From positions 1-23,209 of the forward strand of contig CAYTIH010000040.1 of the NCBI GenBank assembly GCA_964437825.1: 23,209 nt of DNA, written 5' to 3'. Origin of the DNA: an uncultured Clostridium sp. GTDB taxonomy: Bacteria > Bacillota > Clostridia > Lachnospirales > Lachnospiraceae. Both the position numbers and the translations under genes were made by a program. Shown piece after piece: positions 17,241 to 23,209 of this stretch. Positions within the stretch are counted from its first letter, which is position 1, and every line of letters starts with the position of its first letter. The notes below the pieces were generated by a model. That model was given only the letters and a program-made list of their open reading frames with translations, was not told the DNA's origin and made no database searches.

Positions 17241-17996
17241 TTAACCGATGACATCGCTCATATCATACATTCCTGCGGGTTTTCCTGCCAGAAATTTCGC
17301 AGCCTGCACAGCGCCTTTTCCGAACACGGTCTTGGAATACGCTCTATGTGAAAATGTAATTACTTCATCCGCACCGGCAAAAATCACGTCATGATCTCCC
17401 ACAATCGTACCGCCGCGCACTGCACTGATACCGATTTCTTTATTGGAGCGCTTCTGTCTCACCTGGCTTCTGTCATAAACATATTCATATTCCTGATTCA
17501 TTTTTTCATTGATCGCATCCGCCAGTGCAAGTGCCGTTCCGCTCGGCGCATCCACCTTCTGGTTGTGATGCTTCTCTACGATTTCAACGTCAAAGCCTGC
17601 AGGCGCTAATGTGGAAGCCGCTTCTTTTAACAGTTTCATCAGTAAATTGATCCCCAATGACATGTTTGCGGATTTCAGTATTGCTGTCTTTGCGGAGGCT
17701 GATTTTACATGAGCAAGCTGATCCGGGGAAAGACCTGTTGTGCATATTACTACAGGCAGTTTTTTTTCCGCGCAATCATCAAGCAATCCGTCCACGGCAG
17801 ACGCTGTGGAAAAATCGATCACGACGTCCGCCTCCACGTTACAATCTCTGATCGATTTGAAAACAGGATAGGAATTCGTAATGTGATCCGACATATCCAC
17901 ACCGGCAACGATCTCTGCCTCAGAATCCTCTCTCACCAGACCGGATATTACCTGTCCCATTTTCCCGTTACAGCCATGCATAATAATTCTAACCAT
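17241..17996 (-). CDS. dapB: 4-hydroxy-tetrahydrodipicolinate reductase.
   Basis: Rossmann motif [10 protein letters not shown]. The sequence [18 protein letters not shown] is the DapB signature (E-x-HH-x-K-x-DAPSGTA). Confidence 0.95.
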   Translation of the reverse strand: MVRIIMHGCNGKMGQVISGLVREDSEAEIVAGVDMSDHITNSYPVFKSIRDCNVEADVVIDFSTASAVDGLLDDCAEKKLPVVICTTGLSPDQLAHVKSASAKTAILKSANMSLGINLLMKLLKEAASTLAPAGFDVEIVEKHHNQKVDAPSGTALALADAINEKMNQEYEYVYDRSQVRQKRSNKEIGISAVRGGTIVGDHDVIFAGADEVITFSHRAYSKTVFGKGAVQAAKFLAGKPAGMYDMSDVIG

Positions 17997-18057
17997 GTTA
18001 TATTTCCTCCCACTTTGTTTGTATTTCAGATCTTTCTATGTGAAATCATAACTGACT

Positions 18058-18107
18058 CAATGATCTCATTCCATCACAATCAATGATCGCATTCCATATC
18101 ACAATCA
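18058..18107. promoter_or_regulatory. Direct repeats CAATGATCTCATTCCATCACAATCA and CAATGATCGCATTCCATATCACAATCA, plus an inverted CAATGAT copy, upstream of dapB. TTTGTCCGTATCA occurs twice at 18156-18195.
   Basis: The repeats were read directly from the sequence. They lie in the 390-bp region between the dapA terminator and the dapB RBS. Confidence 0.45.
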
Positions 18108-18389
18108 TTGATTTCATTATAATATCAAACCTTCTGAATGAAAATAGTTTCTTCCATTTTGTCCGTATCAGGCCTGTAGCTTTGTCCGTATCAAACCTTC
18201 CGCTCCATGCAGTGCAAAACAGCACTAATCATATTTTATAAAGAGCGGGGACCAACTCATATAATCTTTTTTCTTCATGAGCATGCCCCATCTCTTCCTT
18301 TTTTCATTTACTGATAAGCATCGATCTGTTCCGCGCATCATCCGCTTTCTCCTCGTTTTTTATATTGTAACATATATATCTGCCGCTTT

Positions 18390-18427
18390 AAAAAAATCAT
18401 GGCAGAAAACCACATTTTCTGCCATGA
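18390..18427 (-). terminator. Rho-independent terminator of dapA.
   Basis: TCATGGCAGAAAA-N5-TTTTCTGCCATGA is a 13-bp perfect stem, followed on the minus strand by UUUUUUU. Confidence 0.8.
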
Positions 18428-18496
18428 CTTTCATGAAAACCGTTCGGTTATTCCTTCTAAACAGTTCGATGCTGCATATTTCCGTATGTTCCGGCT

Positions 18497-19381
18497 TTAT
18501 AAGATACCGTATTTCTTCATCTCCGCTTCCAATTTAGCGGCATTTGCTTCTTCCATCTCCGTCAGCGGCAGACGAAGTGTTCCCGCATTCTGTCCCATCA
18601 GGTTCATTGCTTTTTTCACGGGAATGGGGTTCACCTCGCTGAACAATGCCTTAATCAGAGGAAACGCCTCAAGCTGAAGCCTGGTGGATGTCTCGGGATC
18701 TCCATTCAAATAGGAAGCAACAATGTCATGTGTCTGCCTCGGCGCTACATTGGACAAAACGGAAATGACGCCAACGCCTCCAAGCGACAGGATCGGTGTA
18801 ATCTGATCGTCATTGCCGGAATAAATATCAATGCAGCCGCCGGCAAGATAGGCAAGCTTTGCAACCTGGGAAATGTCCCCGCTTGCTTCCTTAATGCCGA
18901 CAATATTCTCAACATCTTTTGCCAGTGCAACCACCGTCTCCGGCTGGATATTGCATCCGGTTCTGGAAGGTACATTATACAAAATCACGGGCAGTTTAAC
19001 AGCCTTTGCCGTCTGAGCGAAATGCTGATACAGACCCTTCTGGGTGGCCTTATTATAATATGGCGTTACCAAAAGCAGACCATCCGCACCTGCTTTTTCC
19101 GCCTCCACAGAAAGATAAATTGCGGTTTCCGTACTGTTGGAACCGGTGCCTGCAATGACCGGAACTCTCTTTGCTACGCGCTCTACGCAGTAACGGATGA
19201 CATCCAAATGTTCCTCATGGCTTAACGTAGAAGCCTCGCCCGTCGTTCCGCACACAATGATGGCATCCGTTTTGTTTTCGATCTGCCATTCGATATTCTT
19301 TGCGAACTGCTCATAGTTGACTGTACCGTCTTCATGAAATGGTGTTACGATAGCAACACCTGCTCCTTTAAAAATAGACAT
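18497..19381 (-). CDS. dapA: 4-hydroxy-tetrahydrodipicolinate synthase.
   Basis: VTPF..DG..N...........I..GTTGE...L...E. The conserved Lys is in the IVGIKEASGD context. AAGGAGG RBS. Confidence 0.95.
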   Translation of the reverse strand: MSIFKGAGVAIVTPFHEDGTVNYEQFAKNIEWQIENKTDAIIVCGTTGEASTLSHEEHLDVIRYCVERVAKRVPVIAGTGSNSTETAIYLSVEAEKAGADGLLLVTPYYNKATQKGLYQHFAQTAKAVKLPVILYNVPSRTGCNIQPETVVALAKDVENIVGIKEASGDISQVAKLAYLAGGCIDIYSGNDDQITPILSLGGVGVISVLSNVAPRQTHDIVASYLNGDPETSTRLQLEAFPLIKALFSEVNPIPVKKAMNLMGQNAGTLRLPLTEMEEANAAKLEAEMKKYGIL

Positions 19382-19435
19382 ATTCTCCTCCTTTTCTTTC
19401 GGATGGGCCCTTTTTATTGCAAATTCATCGCATAA

Positions 19436-19650
19436 AAGAAACCGGCAGCATACAGGCGCCGGTTTCTTATCATCTCGATTTCCGATAGCGCCCCATCTGA
19501 TTTCAGATGACAGTCATACAGTTATTCACTGCATGCCCAAGATTTGATCATCAGGTCTCTCCTCTTTCGGCGTCTTCCCCTTTTCCGGCCCCTCCCTTGT
19601 GCCTGACACATCAGGAACGGTACTTATGAAACACGCAACCTCTATCCGTT
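19436..19650 (-). ncRNA. Lysine riboswitch (L-box) with a terminator-type expression platform, controlling dapA.
   Basis: The minus strand reads GGATAGAGGTTGCGTG ... GAAAAGGGGAAGACGCCGAAAG ... CAGTGAATAACTGTATGACTGTCATCTGAAATCAGATGGGGCGCTATCGG. This aligns with the B. subtilis lysC L-box (GATAGAGGTGCGAAC ... GAAAGGGGAGCGTCGCCGAAG ... TTGAATAAATGTAAGGCTGTCAAG...TTGGAGGGCTATCTCG). It is followed by the terminator AAGAAACCGGC-N11-GCCGGTTTCTTTT. Confidence 0.85.
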
Positions 19651-19718
19651 TACTATGTAATTTTTGATCATAAATGCCATTCCTTCTGCATTCATGATAC
19701 TCGCTTTTAATAAAAATA

Positions 19719-19747
19719 ATCATAGCACTCACAACATGATCTGTCAA
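19719..19747 (-). promoter_or_regulatory. SigA-type promoter for the L-box-dapA transcript: TTGACA-17-TATGAT.
   Basis: On the minus strand the sequence is TTGACAgatcatgttgtgagtgcTATGAT, about 70 nt upstream of the riboswitch P1. Confidence 0.55.
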
Positions 19748-19792
19748 CGTGTGAATCCTCTTGAGTTTCCGCAGTTATAGCAATTGCAGCAA

Positions 19793-22471
19793 TTACAGCA
19801 ATTTTTCCCACTCCTTCATAATCTCTTCACAGGTGTCCACATCCACATTGTCTACCGCCTCTTTAAAATGACGGAATATTTCTTCCTGCTCTCCCGTATA
19901 GGTATATTTCGCCATCGCGGCGCTGACTTCTTCCATCCTGTCCATGTCAAGTTCTTCCAATGCACTGCGCATATCCGCAAAGAAGGACTCCAGAATTTCT
20001 TTCGTGATTTCTTCGCCGCAGCCTTTCTCCTGCTCGTCCTCACAGAACGGTTTCAGTACAGGCAGATATGACCTATACTGCTTCAGCATATCGTCCGTTT
20101 TCGCATGAATCAGCTTGGAATTTCTTGCGTTGCCCGCCCGCTCCATGGCCGCAGCTTTGTCCGAAAGCTCTGCCGCTCCGATCTGCTTCGAGGAGCTTTT
20201 CAGCGCATGAACCTCTATCGTATAGGCCGCCCAATCCTCTTCTTCCTCCAGTTTCTTAATCAGGGCGGATTTCTTCTCGATAACACGGTAATAATCCTTA
20301 AGCACTACCCAAAACAGCTTGGAATTTCCCAAAAGCTTAATAGCCTCCGCCGTATCCAGATCGCCGACGATAATCTCTTCCTCATAATTAGACTTCACAG
20401 AAGCAACCGTATACTGCTCGATCTTTTTTATTTTTTCCACGGGAAGCCACTGCCCCACCTTCGCAATCAATGTTTTTAATTCGATAGGCTTAGAAACAAA
20501 ATCGTTCATTCCTTCCTTTAAAAACAAGTCCTTCATACCGCTCACCGCGTTTGCCGTCAGGGCAATGATCGGAACATCATTATATTCCGGATGAAGCCGG
20601 CGGATAATACGGGTCGTCTCCACGCCGTCCAACTCCGGCATCATATGATCCATCAGAATCAGATCATAGTGATGAACGGAAATCATGTTGATTGCTTTCT
20701 TGCCGCTGGTCGCCGTAGCAACCTTCATCTTAAGAGGCTTCAAGAGTCCTTCCGCCACGGTAAGATTAATCATGTTGTCGTCTACAATCAGAACCTCCGC
20801 CTCAGGCGCAATGAAATTGATGCTTACTTCATCTGCGTTCTCATCGGCAAAATACACTTCCTCCCTGTTGAAAACCATCGCCTCATTTAACACATAAAGC
20901 GGTTTTCTCACGAGAAGCAGATTCGGTATGTCATATTCTGTCGAGCTGTCGAGGAACGGAAGCAGAAGCACTGCCGTGATATTGGGCGTATTTCTTACAT
21001 ACTCCTCTACCGTAGGCGTAAACATTCTCTGCTCCACAAAAAGAAAATTGTCTTTGCCCTCAACCGGCGCCGCTTCCTCTAAGGATAATGTCTCCACGTA
21101 ATCCACGCCAAGCTTTTCACAGTCGGCGGCAACCTGCCGCTTCATATACTGATTATAAAACATGCCTGCCACCCTGATAGAGCCTGGCTGCTTCACCCTG
21201 CAGCTCGGCTTGTCTTCAATGACTGTCTGCGGTAATTCAAAAGAAAAAACGCTGCCCTTTTCATATTCGCTTTTGATATTAATGGTTCCGCCCATCAGCT
21301 GCAGCAGGCGGCGGGAAATGGTAAGGCCGAGTCCGGTTCCCTCTATATTCCTGTTGCGCTTGCTGTCTAACTGCTGAAAGGAGTTGAAAATCTTTTCTAT
21401 ATCCTTCTTTTTAATTCCGATTCCGGTATCCTCTACCTCGAACTTCAGCATGATTTCTTTTTCTTTTATCGGCTCACAGTACATTCTGATGCACACCTGC
21501 CCGATATTTGTAAACTTGGCGGCGTTATTGGCGATATTAAGCAGTACCTGCTTGATGCGGATATTGTCTCCTAAAAGTCTGTGCGGGATATCCGGCGAAA
21601 TATCCAGTATCAGCTCGACTTCTTTTTCCTTCAGGCGTTCCATTACAATATTTGCAATATCATTGATAATTGACATTGGTTCATATTCGTCGGGTATGAT
21701 ATCCATTTTACCAGACTCAATCTTGGAGAAATCCAGAATATCGTTAATGATCGTAAGCAGCGCCTTGCTGGACGACTTGATCAAATGAACGTAATTCCTC
21801 GCAGTCGGAGGAAGATCTTCCCGCAGCGCCATCTCGGCCATGCCGATTACCGCATTCATCGGCGTCCTGATCTCATGACTCATATTGGCCAAGAAATCCG
21901 ATTTCATATTGTTAGCCTTCTCAATCTCCTTGCCTGCCTGTATCGCTATATATTTACTGTACGCCATTTCGGACAGTATATTTGCTACCTTATAGAGAAA
22001 ATCAGCGGCGCGGTTGATATCCTGCTGGCTGATGATCCTGACTTTCCTTGAAGCCTTCCACAGCTGTTCCGGGTCAACGTTGATCTCCTGGGCAATGGAA
22101 AAAACGTTTTCTCTTTTGAGCGGCTCGGTCAACACCTGCCCGCCGATAAAGCTTCCGATCATCTGTCCGTCGGCAAGAATCGGCGCCGCATAATCGGTAA
22201 GTCCGGCATGACAGGTATAACATGCCGGCCCTTGTTTTTTCCAGGAGGTTTCCGCCCCGAATTTATCGCACCACTCACAACGCGCCCTTCCATCCTTTGA
22301 TTTACGCACGTTATCAATACAAAAATCCGTAAAATTGGAAGGCTTTGTCACAGGCGTGCCGTGCATGTCCGTAGTGAGCGACGCCATGCCTGTCATCGTG
22401 GCAAAAGCGTCCTGAATCTGCTGTAAAATATCCACACTGATCAAATCAGTCAGGTTTAATATCTGTTCCAT
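19793..22471 (-). CDS. Hybrid sensor histidine kinase with domain order PocR sensor, HisKA, HATPase_c, degenerate receiver-like region, receiver (REC), Hpt.
   Basis: The N-terminal PocR domain carries cysteines (CEWC...CYTCH). H-box SHEIRTPMNAVIGMAEM. G-boxes GTGLGLTISRRL. REC VLIVDDNMINL...LILMDHMMPELDG...KP. C-terminal Hpt HALKSSSKQIGA. Confidence 0.9.
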   Translation of the reverse strand: MEQILNLTDLISVDILQQIQDAFATMTGMASLTTDMHGTPVTKPSNFTDFCIDNVRKSKDGRARCEWCDKFGAETSWKKQGPACYTCHAGLTDYAAPILADGQMIGSFIGGQVLTEPLKRENVFSIAQEINVDPEQLWKASRKVRIISQQDINRAADFLYKVANILSEMAYSKYIAIQAGKEIEKANNMKSDFLANMSHEIRTPMNAVIGMAEMALREDLPPTARNYVHLIKSSSKALLTIINDILDFSKIESGKMDIIPDEYEPMSIINDIANIVMERLKEKEVELILDISPDIPHRLLGDNIRIKQVLLNIANNAAKFTNIGQVCIRMYCEPIKEKEIMLKFEVEDTGIGIKKKDIEKIFNSFQQLDSKRNRNIEGTGLGLTISRRLLQLMGGTINIKSEYEKGSVFSFELPQTVIEDKPSCRVKQPGSIRVAGMFYNQYMKRQVAADCEKLGVDYVETLSLEEAAPVEGKDNFLFVEQRMFTPTVEEYVRNTPNITAVLLLPFLDSSTEYDIPNLLLVRKPLYVLNEAMVFNREEVYFADENADEVSINFIAPEAEVLIVDDNMINLTVAEGLLKPLKMKVATATSGKKAINMISVHHYDLILMDHMMPELDGVETTRIIRRLHPEYNDVPIIALTANAVSGMKDLFLKEGMNDFVSKPIELKTLIAKVGQWLPVEKIKKIEQYTVASVKSNYEEEIIVGDLDTAEAIKLLGNSKLFWVVLKDYYRVIEKKSALIKKLEEEEDWAAYTIEVHALKSSSKQIGAAELSDKAAAMERAGNARNSKLIHAKTDDMLKQYRSYLPVLKPFCEDEQEKGCGEEITKEILESFFADMRSALEELDMDRMEEVSAAMAKYTYTGEQEEIFRHFKEAVDNVDVDTCEEIMKEWEKLL

Positions 22472-22507
22472 CTCAAATCCCCTCCGGCTCCGTTACCGTA
22501 ACAGCGC

Positions 22508-23209
22508 TCAATGAACCAGTTTCTTAATGGTACGCATCAGCTTCTCGTGGTCGATCGGCTTTAAAAGATACCCCTGCGGTTTTTGCACCAGCGCTTTCTG
22601 AATCTTATTTCTCTCGGTGATGCCCGTCAGAAATACTACCGGAATTTCTCTGGTCGCCTCGTTTGCATGCAGCTTTTCCAGCACGTCGGGGCCTGTCTCT
22701 CCAGGCATCTCATAATCTAAGAGAATCAAATCGGTCGTCTTGTTCTCCAGGAATTTCAGCGCAATCTTGCCATTGATTGCAGTGGCGACATCATAGTTTT
22801 CATGAAGCTGTTCTTTAATCATCTTAAGCATAAGCGGATCGTCATCGACTACAAGAATATGCTTTCTTCTCTTCTTCTCTTCCAGTCTGCGCTTTTCTTC
22901 CAGTCTGCGCTTTTCTTCCAGTCTGCGCTTTTCTTCCTGCTTTCTCTCCTCTTCCAGTCTGCGTTCTTCCTCTTCGCGCTGTCTCTTATCGTTTAGAAAT
23001 TTGGTAAGCCGCTCCGCAATCGTGGTTATCGTTAAAGGCTTCACAAGCGTAAGCTCCGCCGCGTGGGGAGCGAACTGCTCGAATTCCGCGCAGTCCTCTT
23101 CGGCGCCTATGATCACAATAGGAATATTAGTGCGCTGCAGCAGTCTGCTTCTTGCGGAAAGCACCTGCTTCATGTTATCCTGTGTTTCCTGGTTCAACCC
23201 GTAGATTAA
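22508..23209 (-). CDS. Response regulator with two receiver domains and no output domain. The 5' end runs off the window, so the N-terminal REC is partial. The linker is an (RRLEEK)n coiled-coil repeat.
   Basis: The C-terminal REC (HILVVDDDPLMLKMI...LILLDYEMPGETG...IPVVFLTG...GYLLKPI) is canonical. The N-terminal part IPIVIIGAEED...LVKPL is the back half of a REC. The ORF stays open to the window edge, and the track start is a TTG. Confidence 0.8.
   Translation of the reverse strand, partial: LIYGLNQETQDNMKQVLSARSRLLQRTNIPIVIIGAEEDCAEFEQFAPHAAELTLVKPLTITTIAERLTKFLNDKRQREEEERRLEEERKQEEKRRLEEKRRLEEKRRLEEKKRRKHILVVDDDPLMLKMIKEQLHENYDVATAINGKIALKFLENKTTDLILLDYEMPGETGPDVLEKLHANEATREIPVVFLTGITERNKIQKALVQKPQGYLLKPIDHEKLMRTIKKLVH
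22871..22960. repeat. 18-bp tandem repeat TTCCAGTCTGCGCTTTTC: three perfect copies plus two degenerate copies, in-frame within the response-regulator linker.
   Basis: The perfect copies are at 22871-22888, 22889-22906 and 22907-22924. They encode EEKRRL on the minus strand. Confidence 0.8.

Noticed and set aside
19526-19747. 73-aa ORF on the minus strand
   Set aside because: It lies wholly inside the lysine riboswitch and promoter. No RBS is present. The conserved L-box blocks explain the sequence.
1-23209. Mobile element or prophage
   Set aside because: No transposase, integrase, terminal inverted repeats or tRNA attachment site were seen. The decayed left end has pseudogenes but no recognisable mobility gene.

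Overview
This window reads as a Firmicutes/Clostridia-type chromosomal segment, judged from a class III fructose-1,6-bisphosphatase, PcrA, YerC/YecD, DUF1836, a CspA-type cold-shock protein and typical GGAGG ribosome-binding sites. About 18 credible genes lie mostly on the minus strand. From left to right the window contains the following.

- A decayed AT-rich stretch (1-1350) carries a ParE/RelE-like toxin pseudogene interrupted by a single in-frame TAG, plus a frameshifted remnant, possibly of a pyrophosphatase.
- An unusual GGTTAG-like microsatellite sits at 1390-1475.
- A small membrane protein with an acidic tail (1511-1801) precedes pcrA.
- A pspA-SPFH/zinc-ribbon operon follows, matching the B. 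subtilis pspA-ydjGHI logic.
- An EamA transporter is arranged divergently from an orphan NMT1/SsuA-type lipoprotein binding protein and a DUF436 gene.
- DUF1836 and a YerC/YecD TrpR-like regulator come next.
- An M23 peptidase is followed by a leaderless-looking BspA-type LRR protein and a 121-aa unknown protein, a candidate two-gene module.
- cspA and an orphan eukaryote-type (His6) HisA with a structured leader follow.
- A low-complexity N/D-rich lipoprotein is present.
- fbp (class III) and dapB follow. Upstream, dapA is driven by a lysine riboswitch (L-box) that the ORF track mis-called as a 73-aa ORF.
- A PocR-sensor hybrid histidine kinase and a dual-receiver response regulator close the window. 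The regulator's linker is an 18-bp perfect tandem repeat encoding (RRLEEK)n.

There is no CRISPR array, rRNA, tRNA, transposase or integrase. The most system-like candidates are the PspA/SPFH-zinc-ribbon stress module and the cytoplasmic LRR plus 121-aa pair. Most of the other findings are regulatory RNA/DNA structure that the ORF track cannot show.
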